A stretch of 64,000 nucleotides of DNA, taken from IMG/VR virus record IMGVR_UViG_3300008262_003210; one strand, written 5' to 3'. Each line of letters begins with the position of its first letter. Positions within the stretch are counted from its first letter, which is position 1. Positions 21,367 through 30,431 of the stretch are shown in pieces. The DNA comes from a virus (Duplodnaviria; Caudoviricetes). The notes below the pieces were generated by a model. That model was given only the letters and a program-made list of their open reading frames with translations, was not told the origin of the DNA and did no database searches. A program made the position numbers and the translations under genes.

Positions 21367-21612
21367 ATGGCAATGAAAGAACAACAAAGACAAGCATATC
21401 GCTCAATGCAAGGCAAAGAAGTAGATATGCAGAAACTAGTAATGGCTAACGAAATGACTGTAGCTGTTGGCAACGTAAAAGTTAATGCTCGCGGCGACGA
21501 ACTTGGCCCCGGTGGCAAAATTATCCGTAAACGAGAAGAAGTTATGCGTGAAGCACCAAATTCTACTGTTAAGAAAAATATTAAAGATATGGATCCAGAA
21601 GGTAACGAATGA
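21367..21612 (+). CDS. hypothetical protein
   Basis: AGGAG RBS; ATGA overlap with groES-like gene. Confidence 0.7.
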   Translation: MAMKEQQRQAYRSMQGKEVDMQKLVMANEMTVAVGNVKVNARGDELGPGGKIIRKREEVMREAPNSTVKKNIKDMDPEGNE

Positions 21613-21998
21613 AAGCCCAAGCTAGTAAAATAAGACCAATTCAAAAGCATATCTTGGTAAGAGATATGAATTTCGGTGAACAAAAAACCGCAGGCGGCAT
21701 TGTGCTAATGAGCGATGATGGCAAATCTGAAGGTGTTAAACCCAGGTGGGCAAAAGTATTTGCAGTTGGCCCTAATCAAACTGATGTCAAAATTGGCGAC
21801 TGGATACTAATAGAACACGGTCGTTGGACTCGAGGACTAGAAGTCGAAGAGGATGATGGCACTAAATTTACTATCTGGCGAGTAGATCCTGAAGGTATTA
21901 TGATGACTGCTGACGAAAGGCCTGCTGGAGCCGAGTTTGGTGTGTTTACTACAGCCTCACACGGTTCAGAAATCCGTCCAGAAGACTTTATAAGATAA
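21609..21998 (+). CDS. groES: GroES/Cpn10-like co-chaperonin
   Basis: IRPIQKHILV, KTAGGIVL mobile loop, VFAVGP, VKIGDWIL. Confidence 0.8.
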   Translation: MKAQASKIRPIQKHILVRDMNFGEQKTAGGIVLMSDDGKSEGVKPRWAKVFAVGPNQTDVKIGDWILIEHGRWTRGLEVEEDDGTKFTIWRVDPEGIMMTADERPAGAEFGVFTTASHGSEIRPEDFIR

Positions 21999-22012
21999 TT
22001 TATCTTTTGAAC

Positions 22013-22051
22013 AACAGGGCTATTGACTAGCCCTGTTTTCGCCTGTATACT
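22013..22051 (+). terminator. intrinsic terminator hairpin overlapping a sigma70-like promoter
   Basis: 9-bp stem AACAGGGCT/AGCCCTGTT; TTGACT(22023)-17-TATACT(22046). Confidence 0.65.
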
Positions 22052-22072
22052 ATATGTATAAAGGAGAAATCT

Positions 22073-22306
22073 ATGAGTACATTTGACGAAGCAGTACAAG
22101 ATATTAAAAAAGCAAAAAGCGTTTTAGAAGACCAACCAGTATCTGAAATAAAACATCCCGATCCAAAAAAACATTTATATATTAGTTTGGCTAAAAGCAT
22201 TATTCGAATCGGTGCAGGCGGGTGTTTAATAGCAGGATTTCCAATCTGGTGCGGTGCTGGACTTATCGCTGCAGAGATACTAGGTATTTTTGAAGAACTA
22301 GTATGA
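22073..22306 (+). CDS. hypothetical membrane protein
   Basis: AAGGAG RBS; hydrophobic C-terminal half. Confidence 0.7.
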   Translation: MSTFDEAVQDIKKAKSVLEDQPVSEIKHPDPKKHLYISLAKSIIRIGAGGCLIAGFPIWCGAGLIAAEILGIFEELV

Positions 22307-22737
22307 AAGTAGGATTTACTTGTAGCACATTTGATTTGTTTCATGCAGGGCATATTATGATGCTCAAAGAAGCAAAAACTCAGTGTGATTACCTAATTGT
22401 AGGACTGCAAACAGATCCAACAATAGACAGGCCAGAAACTAAAAACAAACCAATACAAAGTATTTTTGAAAGATTTGTTCAACTACAGGCCTGTAAATTT
22501 GTAGACGAAGTTGTAGTGTATGCTACAGAAAAAGAGCTAATCGACATATTGCTTTCTTATCCAGTAGATGTTAGAATACTAGGAGAAGAATATGCAGGAC
22601 AAGAATTCACTGGATGTGCTATTCCAATGGAGTTTTATTTTAATCAACGCAGACACAGTTTTTCAACATCGGAATTGCGTCAACGTGTTATAGAGGCAGA
22701 ACATGAAAGAACTATGGGTAGAAAAATATCGTCCTAA
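22303..22737 (+). CDS. cytidylyltransferase-like (TagD-type) nucleotidyltransferase
   Basis: FDLFHAGH (HxGH), LIVGLQTD, RRHSFSTSELR. Confidence 0.85.
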   Translation: MKVGFTCSTFDLFHAGHIMMLKEAKTQCDYLIVGLQTDPTIDRPETKNKPIQSIFERFVQLQACKFVDEVVVYATEKELIDILLSYPVDVRILGEEYAGQEFTGCAIPMEFYFNQRRHSFSTSELRQRVIEAEHERTMGRKISS

Positions 22738-23617
22738 AAAACTAGACGGATATGTTTTTAGAGATGAGCATCAAAAGGATCAAATCCAACGTTGGGTCAA
22801 AGACGGGACTATTCCCCATCTACTATTCAGCGGCAATGCTGGTATTGGTAAAACAACATTGGCTAAAATTTTGTTTAACGAGTTAGATCTCAATCCGTTA
22901 GACGTTTTAGAAATTAACGCATCGCGTACTAACTCTGTTGAAGATGTCCGTGATAAAGTTGTAAATTTTGTCCAAATGATTCCGTTTGGTGATTTTAAGG
23001 TAGTACTACTAGATGAAGCAGATTATTTGTCGCCTAACGCACAAGCCGCCCTACGTGGGGTTATGGAAGAGTATCACACGACCGCTAGATTTATTCTTAC
23101 TTGCAATTATCCTAACCGTATTATTCCTGCCCTTCATAGCAGATGTCAAGGCTTCCATATCGAACGGGTTGATATCGCTGAGTTTACTGCTCGCGTGGCT
23201 ACTATTCTTATGGAGGAATCTGTAGAGTTTGATTTAGATACACTAGACACATTTGTTAAAGCAACATATCCAGACTTACGTAAATGCATTAATACAGTTC
23301 AAATGAACAGTATGGATGGTAAATTACACACTCCAGAAAAAGGCGATACAGGTGAAGCTGACTACAAACTAGAAATGGTTAGTTTGTTTAAAGCAGGCAA
23401 GATTAGCGAAGCACGTAAACTTGTTTGTAGCCAAGCTCGTCCAGAAGAGATGGAGGAGATTTATCGCTGGTTATATGATAACGTGGCAATATTTGGTGAC
23501 GAAGAAAAACAAAACAAGGCTATTTTAATTATTAAACAAGGACTTGTTGATCATACATTAGTCATTGACCCAGAAATTAACCTAGCCGCAACACTAATCA
23601 GATTAGCAGCAATATGA
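22703..23617 (+). CDS. clamp loader ATPase subunit (RFC/gp44-like)
   Basis: LWVEKYRP, Walker A GNAGIGKT, EINAS, Walker B LLDEAD, SRC motif. Confidence 0.92.
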   Translation: MKELWVEKYRPKKLDGYVFRDEHQKDQIQRWVKDGTIPHLLFSGNAGIGKTTLAKILFNELDLNPLDVLEINASRTNSVEDVRDKVVNFVQMIPFGDFKVVLLDEADYLSPNAQAALRGVMEEYHTTARFILTCNYPNRIIPALHSRCQGFHIERVDIAEFTARVATILMEESVEFDLDTLDTFVKATYPDLRKCINTVQMNSMDGKLHTPEKGDTGEADYKLEMVSLFKAGKISEARKLVCSQARPEEMEEIYRWLYDNVAIFGDEEKQNKAILIIKQGLVDHTLVIDPEINLAATLIRLAAI

Positions 23618-24132
23618 AAGAAAAGTTAAAACGAGCATATATGAAGACCGCAGAAACATTTGCGGAATTAAGTCATGCACGTAGACTTCATGTAGGTGCC
23701 ATTGTAGTCAAAGATGATAGGATTATCTCTATTGGCTACAATGGCATGCCCGCAGGTTGGGACAATAACTGTGAAGACGTTAAATGGGATTCAGGAGCTG
23801 GCGGATGGCTAAGTCCTGAAGAGATTCTAGAACAATATCCATACGAAGGGTGGCATGAACAAGCAGGTCGTAATGTGAGATATGGATTAAAAACTAAACC
23901 TGAGGTACTACATGCTGAAACAAATGCGATTGCCAAACTGGCTAAGTCTAACGAGTCTGGTCTGGGTGCTACTATGTTTATTACCCATGCTCCATGTTTG
24001 GACTGTGCCAAACTTATATACCAAAGTGGTATTGGGCACGTTCTATATAGGGACTCTTATAGGGATACTGGTGGTATCACGTTTCTTGAAAAATCAGGAA
24101 TTAAAGTAGAACAAATTGAAAAGGACGCCTGA
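23614..24132 (+). CDS. dCMP deaminase
   Basis: VGAIVV, GYNG, HAETNAI, PCLDCAK zinc motifs. Confidence 0.9.
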   Translation: MKEKLKRAYMKTAETFAELSHARRLHVGAIVVKDDRIISIGYNGMPAGWDNNCEDVKWDSGAGGWLSPEEILEQYPYEGWHEQAGRNVRYGLKTKPEVLHAETNAIAKLAKSNESGLGATMFITHAPCLDCAKLIYQSGIGHVLYRDSYRDTGGITFLEKSGIKVEQIEKDA

Positions 24133-24144
24133 GCGTCCTTTTTT
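24119..24144. terminator. bidirectional intrinsic terminator
   Basis: AAAAGGACGC-ctga-GCGTCCTTTT between convergent genes. Confidence 0.8.
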
Positions 24145-24153
24145 ATTGATTCA

Positions 24154-24867
24154 TTAGTCGCCGTAAATTTCTAACACCTCCTTGACGGCATCATGTCTTT
24201 CAATATCGTTCGAATCAAATTGAACAATATCAATATGTTTAGTTTGCTTACGTGCGAGTAGGTTGCAAAAATCTATCAATCCGTTATCGCGTAATCTGTC
24301 TGCCTGAGCTAAATCGCCTGTCACTACCATCTTGGACCCTTCTCCCAAGCGTGTAAGTAGCATCTTCATTTGATTTATAGTAGTATTCTGACATTCGTCA
24401 GCAATGATGTATGCGTTTTTGAATGTGCGTCCACGCATATACGCTAATGGGCTTATCTCGATAACTCCTTCCTCCAACATTTTTTTAATGTCTGTTTGTT
24501 TATAATACTCTGCAAATACGTCAAATATGGGTCTTGTCCAAGGTGCCATTTTTTCGTTCAAGTCACCTGGTAAAAACCCTAGATCTTCGTCCACAGAGAC
24601 GGCGGGTCTTGTAACTATGATTTTGTCAACTAATCCGTCCTGGAATAGTTTAATACCGTTTTGCACAGCCAGCAACGTTTTACCTGTGCCTGCGGGCCCA
24701 ATAGCAATAACAATACTGTTTTGCTCATCGTGCAGCTTGCTTAGGTATAGTTTCTGGTTAGGATTTCGTGCAGTGATTACTACACGCTGCTTCTTCGCGG
24801 GAAGATATGGTTCAAAATCAATTACTTTAACTTCTGATGTAAAGCGTTTCTTCACTCTTTTACTCAT
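24154..24867 (-). CDS. phoH: PhoH family ATPase
   Basis: GPAGTGKT, LGFLPGDL, PLAYMRGRTF, DECQN, LLTRLG, VTGD. Confidence 0.95.
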   Translation of the reverse strand: MSKRVKKRFTSEVKVIDFEPYLPAKKQRVVITARNPNQKLYLSKLHDEQNSIVIAIGPAGTGKTLLAVQNGIKLFQDGLVDKIIVTRPAVSVDEDLGFLPGDLNEKMAPWTRPIFDVFAEYYKQTDIKKMLEEGVIEISPLAYMRGRTFKNAYIIADECQNTTINQMKMLLTRLGEGSKMVVTGDLAQADRLRDNGLIDFCNLLARKQTKHIDIVQFDSNDIERHDAVKEVLEIYGD

Positions 24868-24947
24868 CTAAGTTGTTCTCCTACTCGTAAAAGTAGGACT
24901 TGTAGCGACCGCCCTTGATAACTACAGAGGTCCTACACATTTATTTA
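24868..24947 (-). promoter_or_regulatory. late-type TAAATA box plus structured phoH 5' leader with two alternative hairpins
   Basis: TAAATA on - strand 24942-24947; stems 24893-24899/24930-24936 and 24879-24885/24892-24898 share one arm; RBS AGGAG at 24878-24882. Confidence 0.6.
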
Positions 24948-25026
24948 CTGTATTTGTCAAAAAGTAAACTGATATGTTATGATTTTAAACCAGCTAAATA
25001 AGTATAGAAACTTTCCAGGACTTAAC

Positions 25027-25617
25027 ATGTACGATATTTTAGACATTATACGCAATATTGATAACTTATACGAAAACAACACTAGCCTAGCTATTTTAAA
25101 GGATGTTGAGCGTGTTATTGATCAACTAGACATTTATGCTTATGAAAACTGGGAAAAGGGCGAGTTGGCCTACGGACCCCAGGTTGATCGTCATTGGATA
25201 ACAGCAGGATTCATGTGGCCTGCTAAAGAAATGCCAAATCCTACAGCAGCCAAACGATTACAAGAAATAGGATGCAAAATAAAGTATCAACGTAGTCATT
25301 TGGTAGAACCTCGCAAAATTAAGACACATGAAGACATTAGACCCGGAACAAAAAAAGGTAAACTTGATCGTAAACCAATTTGGATTGTAGAAATACAAAT
25401 GCCAAAAAAAGTAGCATTTGATATGTATCGTGGATACATGGATAGAATGAAAGCTGAAACTGAACCTGATAAATCAGAACAGAAAAAACAAGCAATGCCT
25501 GGAGCAATGCCAGGAGCGATGCCAGGAGCGATGCCTGGCATGCCGCCAACAGGTGGAGCAATGCCTGCCGCTCCAACACCAGGAGCAGCGCCAGCAATGC
25601 CAGGAGCACCAGTATAA
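25027..25617 (+). CDS. hypothetical protein with PGAM low-complexity tail
   Basis: ATG 25027 follows AGGA and TAAATA(24994); track start 24979 likely too early. Confidence 0.7.
   Translation: MYDILDIIRNIDNLYENNTSLAILKDVERVIDQLDIYAYENWEKGELAYGPQVDRHWITAGFMWPAKEMPNPTAAKRLQEIGCKIKYQRSHLVEPRKIKTHEDIRPGTKKGKLDRKPIWIVEIQMPKKVAFDMYRGYMDRMKAETEPDKSEQKKQAMPGAMPGAMPGAMPGMPPTGGAMPAAPTPGAAPAMPGAPV
25492..25539 (+). repeat. 4 x 12-bp coding tandem repeat (AMPG)
   Basis: GCRATGCCWGGM units. Confidence 0.9.
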
Positions 25618-26345
25618 TGATTAATGAAAGTCTCAGGGCAAATGATCTTAGAGGGTTTGTTAAAAAAATCATCGAGATCGATGCATTTAAAAGTAAAATT
25701 GGTGACGACGAAGATATTATAACCATATCCTTTACTGTTGACCAAGAAGATCCAGCAAAAGATTTAGAAAATTTTATTGAGATGGGTTTTGAGTTTGTAT
25801 TAGATGCAGACGTCAGTCCAGGTGAACTAGATGATGGTACGTACCGAGTATATGTTGAATTAGAACGAAGTCGTCATGCTGCTGAACAAATTATAGAAAT
25901 ACTTGACGGAGTTAAAAAAATTACAGGTATTGAAAATTTTAAATTTAGATATTTTAAAAATTTCAGAAGTCAAGAAGCAACGGAAGAAAATTTAAAGGTA
26001 GCTATTCCTTTAGATAAAAACAGTTATGAAATAGCAACTCAACGAAATAAAGTTGATAATTTTCAAGAATTTTTTAGCCGTAGTTATGTTGATGACATTC
26101 AACTATTAGACGAATCGATTAGTTTTAAAAGAATTTACGGCGACAAAGTAGTATTTGATATTGTAACTAGTGGTTCAAAAACCGAAGTCTATGAACAACT
26201 TAGTGGACCAATCATGTTAGAAAGTTATAGCATGGCGGAAATAATGTTTCTTACAAAATATATTGGAAACTATAATATTACAAAAGTAGATAACACTTTT
26301 GTATTCGAAAACAACGGCTGGGCCGTTGCACTTAAAAGGAAATAG
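25617..26345 (+). CDS. hypothetical protein
   Basis: 242 aa ORF coupled to upstream stop. Confidence 0.75.
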   Translation: MINESLRANDLRGFVKKIIEIDAFKSKIGDDEDIITISFTVDQEDPAKDLENFIEMGFEFVLDADVSPGELDDGTYRVYVELERSRHAAEQIIEILDGVKKITGIENFKFRYFKNFRSQEATEENLKVAIPLDKNSYEIATQRNKVDNFQEFFSRSYVDDIQLLDESISFKRIYGDKVVFDIVTSGSKTEVYEQLSGPIMLESYSMAEIMFLTKYIGNYNITKVDNTFVFENNGWAVALKRK

Positions 26346-26347
26346 TA

Positions 26348-26980
26348 ATGAGTGGATTTGAGTTTGAATTTACATTAAAAAAGTTTAAAGAATGTGTTGG
26401 TGGGAATCCTCCACACGCAGACCATTGGTATGAAGCATTATGCCAAATACTTCCAGATTATGATATTCATACAGTACCACGTGTTGCAGCGTTCTTAGCA
26501 CAAACAGCACACGAATCAGGTGGCTATCGTGCTATTAAAGAAAATTTAAATTATAAAGCAGAAAGTTTGATGAAAGTTTGGCCTAAATATTTTCCAAATA
26601 TTGATGTTGCTAGACAATACGCACATAACCAAGAAAAAATTGCTAATCGTGCTTATGGAAATCGTATGGGCAATGGTCCAGAGGAAAGCGGCGATGGTTG
26701 GAGATATTGCGGACGAGGATTAATTCAATTGACTGGTAAAAGTAACTACGAGCGTTATGCTGAAAGTTTAGAAATTTCAGTTGAAGAAGCTGGAGAACAT
26801 TTAACAACTTTTGAAGGTTGTGTTCAATCAGCCGCATGGTTCTGGGAAGCTAACAACTTAAACCAGTGGGCCGACAAAGGCGATATTTTAACAATGACCA
26901 AACGCATTAACGGTGGCACAATTGGCTTAGAAGATCGCATCAAGCATTATAATCACGCATTACATGTATTAGGACACTAA
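26348..26980 (+). CDS. glycoside hydrolase family 19 endolysin
   Basis: AAFLAQTAHESGG, YCGRGLIQLTGKSNY, SAAWFW, TKRINGG. Confidence 0.92.
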   Translation: MSGFEFEFTLKKFKECVGGNPPHADHWYEALCQILPDYDIHTVPRVAAFLAQTAHESGGYRAIKENLNYKAESLMKVWPKYFPNIDVARQYAHNQEKIANRAYGNRMGNGPEESGDGWRYCGRGLIQLTGKSNYERYAESLEISVEEAGEHLTTFEGCVQSAAWFWEANNLNQWADKGDILTMTKRINGGTIGLEDRIKHYNHALHVLGH

Positions 26981-26981
26981 A

Positions 26982-27452
26982 ATGTTTTGGCTATTAGCGT
27001 GGGTTCCTGACAGCGTATTACTATATGTAATACATACTATTTTAATTGTAGGTGCTGTAAGCTCATTTTTGAGTTTCTTTTTGCTACATAAAATAGTTAG
27101 ATGGTTTCCTGCTCTAGCACCATACCATCTTTTATTACAAATTATCAGTGCTGTACTATTAGTTGCTGGCATTTATTTTAAAGGCGGTTATGATACTGAG
27201 ACAGAATGGCGTCAGCGTGTAGCCGAACTAGAAGCTAAAATACAAGAATCAGAAGAAAAGTCTAAACAGATCAACGAAAAAATTGTTGTACAATATAGAG
27301 ACAGAGTAAAAGTAATTAAAGACACTCAAGTAGTTGTACAAGAAAAAATTAAAGAAGTTGAAAAAATTGTAGATGCAAAATGCGAAGTAGCTCCGGAGGC
27401 TATAAACATTTTAAATGAAGCAGCTAAAAAACCTGAAAGAGGGCAAAAATGA
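26982..27452 (+). CDS. putative inner-membrane spanin (Rz-like)
   Basis: N-terminal TM helices, coiled coil, C-terminal Cys; directly after endolysin. Confidence 0.6.
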   Translation: MFWLLAWVPDSVLLYVIHTILIVGAVSSFLSFFLLHKIVRWFPALAPYHLLLQIISAVLLVAGIYFKGGYDTETEWRQRVAELEAKIQESEEKSKQINEKIVVQYRDRVKVIKDTQVVVQEKIKEVEKIVDAKCEVAPEAINILNEAAKKPERGQK

Positions 27453-27715
27453 AAATAGTCCTAATTCTAGCAACTACAATATTACTAACAGGTTGTTTAT
27501 CTACTCCTGTTAAAAGAAATTTTCCAGAAGTTCCAAAGGAACTAATAGAAATTTGTCCTAATTTAAAAGATGTGCCAGAAGGTACAACTAAAATGAGTGA
27601 AGTTTTAAAAGTAGTAACTGAAAATTATAGTCAATACCACGAATGCCAATTTAAAAGCGAACTTTGGAAGGAATGGTATGAAATACAAAAACAAAATTTT
27701 GATAGCGTAAAGTAA
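27449..27715 (+). CDS. putative outer-membrane spanin lipoprotein (Rz1-like)
   Basis: Signal peptide with lipobox LLTGC, Pro-rich mature start, two further Cys. Confidence 0.7.
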   Translation: MKIVLILATTILLTGCLSTPVKRNFPEVPKELIEICPNLKDVPEGTTKMSEVLKVVTENYSQYHECQFKSELWKEWYEIQKQNFDSVK

Positions 27716-27734
27716 ATAATCGAAAGGAGCACAA

Positions 27735-28298
27735 ATGTCAGTAGTCGATTCAGTATTGAAATTAATAAACAAAGAACCTAAAGACCCGGATGCGCCAAAG
27801 CCTCCAGCGGGATCACGTTCTGAGCGTGAAGCAAAAATCAAAGACAAAGCAGGTATGGTTATTTCTATATTTGCACTATTCCTTGCAGTGAATAGTTGGT
27901 ACGGTGGTAAACTATCTAGCACAGTATTAAACAATACACTTGGGGCAAATAATGCTTGGGCACAGTATCAAGCAAAAAACAATCGTTTAGTTAGTTACGA
28001 AATTGCTAGTAAAACAACTAGCGATCCTGCATTAAAGAAAGAGTTTAAAGCAGAAGCAGAACGTATGGACAGTGACAAAAAAGAAATTGCTACAAATGCT
28101 CGAAAGATGGAAGCAGATCGTGAAGTAGCGAAAAAGTCAAGTCCTTGGATTGGATATGCATCAACAGCATATCAATTGGCCATTGTTGTATTATCAGCAA
28201 GTATCCTTGCTGTTAGTATGCCAATGTTCTGGGGTAGTTTTGTAGTAGCAGCCGTTGGAGTACTATTAAGTGCTCAAGGCGTGTTTCTATTTTTATAA
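27735..28298 (+). CDS. membrane protein, DUF4337-like
   Basis: Three hydrophobic segments; NNAWAQYQAKN motif. Confidence 0.55.
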   Translation: MSVVDSVLKLINKEPKDPDAPKPPAGSRSEREAKIKDKAGMVISIFALFLAVNSWYGGKLSSTVLNNTLGANNAWAQYQAKNNRLVSYEIASKTTSDPALKKEFKAEAERMDSDKKEIATNARKMEADREVAKKSSPWIGYASTAYQLAIVVLSASILAVSMPMFWGSFVVAAVGVLLSAQGVFLFL

Positions 28299-28312
28299 TT
28301 AGGAGTAGTTAA

Positions 28313-28816
28313 ATGGCAACAGCAGAAGAATACGCAAAAATGAGCGATGCTGAAAAGAAAAAAGAAGATTGGATGAATAACAAATGGCGTCCGATGATGG
28401 GTTGGATGTATATGTTAATATGTACTATGGACATGGTTATATTTCCAATCTTATGGAGTTTGTTACAAACAGTAACACACACTCCTATTACACAATGGAA
28501 TCCATTAACCCTTCAAGGTGCTGGATTATTCCATATCGCAATGGGTGCAGTTTTAGGTATTGCGGCGTTTGGTCGTACACAAGAAAAACTAGCAGGAGCA
28601 AACAACGGTGGAGCGGCAACAACACCAGCACCAGCGGCTCCAAGCAGTTTTAGCGCACCAAGTACGCCAAGTTTTGGAGCACCAAGTGCTTCAAGTAGTT
28701 TTGGTGGAAGCAGCACCGGAAGCGTATCTCCAGCACCGAGTTGGGGGACAACTCCTGTAGCAACTACCGCAAGTGGTAAAAAGATTGTGCCAACAGGCGA
28801 TGATCCAGTTTTATAA
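28313..28816 (+). CDS. putative holin (3TM/GTA-holin-like) with Ser/Pro/Gly-rich tail
   Basis: WRPMMGWMY motif, hydrophobic helices, GxAAFGRTQEK; lysis context. Confidence 0.6.
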   Translation: MATAEEYAKMSDAEKKKEDWMNNKWRPMMGWMYMLICTMDMVIFPILWSLLQTVTHTPITQWNPLTLQGAGLFHIAMGAVLGIAAFGRTQEKLAGANNGGAATTPAPAAPSSFSAPSTPSFGAPSASSSFGGSSTGSVSPAPSWGTTPVATTASGKKIVPTGDDPVL

Positions 28817-28827
28817 AGGAAACTAAA

Positions 28828-29040
28828 ATGAAAAAGTTATTAGCGTTATTAGCGTTATGCGTTGCTACTACAGCATTTGCAGGCGGAGAAGTTAAAGAAG
28901 TTTGTAAAGACAAAGTTGGTAAGGACGGCAAGACTGTAATGGATAAGAAAACCAATAAGCCAGTACAAGAATGCAAGAAAATCAAAGTCCATAAAAAAGT
29001 GGAGGGTGAAAAAGTTCCGGAACCAGCTAAGAAGAAATAA
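28828..29040 (+). CDS. small secreted Lys-rich protein
   Basis: Signal peptide MKKLLALLALCVATTAFA; two mature-region Cys. Confidence 0.7.
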   Translation: MKKLLALLALCVATTAFAGGEVKEVCKDKVGKDGKTVMDKKTNKPVQECKKIKVHKKVEGEKVPEPAKKK

Positions 29041-29050
29041 TTTTTAGCTC

Positions 29051-29100
29051 TTGACAGGTCCAATTAAATAGTGTAGTATACACATTATTATTGGACCTGT
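29051..29100 (+). promoter_or_regulatory. sigma70-like promoter enclosed in an 11-bp inverted repeat
   Basis: TTGACA(29051)-17-TAGTAT(29074); ACAGGTCCAAT 29054-64 / ATTGGACCTGT 29090-100, followed by T-run. Confidence 0.7.
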
Positions 29101-29110
29101 TTTTACGACT

Positions 29111-29965
29111 ATGATAGACTATTATAAAACATTAGGGGTTAACCCAACAGCTACTCCGGATGAAATTAAAAAAGCCTACAGAAGTCTAGCCAACAAACAT
29201 CATCCCGACAAAGGAGGAGATCAAGCTAGATTTAAAGATATTTCTGTAGCATACGACACACTAAGTGACGGTCAAAAACGTTCAGAATATGACCAAATGC
29301 GTATGGGCGGCGGGCCGCAAACTAGATTCCAATCTGGAGATTTTCAAGAATTTGCAGATATGTTTGGCGGAGCATTTGATCCTTTTGGTCATAGGTCTAA
29401 TCCATTTTATGATGTATTTGGCCGCGGAAGAAGAAATAGAGATTTAAACATTCAATGCCAACTTAGTTTACTCGATTCTTTTTTAGGTAAACAATTAGAA
29501 GCAAACTTTAGGTTGCCTAGCGGCAAGCCACAAACTGTAGTTATTAATGTTCCAGCAGGAATAAATCACGGAGAAACTATACGATACCAAGGGCTCGGTG
29601 ACGATAGTATTCCTAACGTACCTAGAGGAAGTTTAAATGTTACTATAATTGTTTTGCCAGATCCTAATTTTAGAAGAGAAGGCAACGATCTATATACTAC
29701 AGTAAACATAACTCCAATTGAAGCGATGATTGGTTGTAGGCGGAGAATAACATACATCACCGGTGAAGAAAAAGAACTTGACATAAGACCAGGCGTTGAA
29801 ACAGGCATTGAGTTTGCTAGCCACGGGTATGGGTTTACTGATCATAGGACTGGACAAAAAGGCAGATTTGTTATTGTAGTAAACATCAGAACGCCACACA
29901 TATCTGATCCTGAAATTATTCGTAAACTTCGAGAAATAAATGATGAAATTAGTCTTAGATCCTGA
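29111..29965 (+). CDS. dnaJ: DnaJ/CbpA-type co-chaperone lacking the zinc finger
   Basis: J-domain DYYKTLGV...HHPDKGGD, G/F region, C-terminal domain, no CxxCxGxG repeats. Confidence 0.9.
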   Translation: MIDYYKTLGVNPTATPDEIKKAYRSLANKHHPDKGGDQARFKDISVAYDTLSDGQKRSEYDQMRMGGGPQTRFQSGDFQEFADMFGGAFDPFGHRSNPFYDVFGRGRRNRDLNIQCQLSLLDSFLGKQLEANFRLPSGKPQTVVINVPAGINHGETIRYQGLGDDSIPNVPRGSLNVTIIVLPDPNFRREGNDLYTTVNITPIEAMIGCRRRITYITGEEKELDIRPGVETGIEFASHGYGFTDHRTGQKGRFVIVVNIRTPHISDPEIIRKLREINDEISLRS

Positions 29966-30431
29966 TCCAGTTTTAAAACAATTAGCCGTTGAATGGGATT
30001 TTTCAGTTGATAAAGATGCTGAAAATATTGAAAAAGAAATGATAGACCTAATGAAAACATTTCATGGTCGAGGTCTTGCAGGCAATCAAGTTGGGTTATT
30101 AAAGCGTATGTTTGTAATTAAACTTGAAAGCACAGGCCAAACTTTAGGTATGTTCAACCCAAAAGTAGTTAATCTTTCTGAAACCGAACAGAGCGCAGAA
30201 GAAGGGTGTTTAAGTTTTCCAGCTCTCTGGTTAAAAGTTAAGCGTCCAAACAAAATAGATATCGAATACCTTGACAAGCACGGAAAAGAATGTAAAATGA
30301 CATTAACTGGCATCGATGCTAGATGTTTTTTACATGAGCTTGATCATTTGAACGGAATTACATTTACAAGTAAAGTAAGCTCAGCAAGCCTTATGTTAGC
30401 CAAAAAGAACCAAAGGAAAAATAAATGGTAG
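29940..30431 (+). CDS. def: peptide deformylase
   Basis: GRGLAGNQVG, EGCLS, HELDH. Confidence 0.92.
   Translation: MMKLVLDPDPVLKQLAVEWDFSVDKDAENIEKEMIDLMKTFHGRGLAGNQVGLLKRMFVIKLESTGQTLGMFNPKVVNLSETEQSAEEGCLSFPALWLKVKRPNKIDIEYLDKHGKECKMTLTGIDARCFLHELDHLNGITFTSKVSSASLMLAKKNQRKNKW

Noticed and set aside
24979-25026. Track start for the 212 aa ORF (similar over-extensions at 421, 14972, 33720, 52861, 57431, 60592)
   Set aside because: Downstream starts have a better RBS or coupling; the extensions run through promoters or upstream genes
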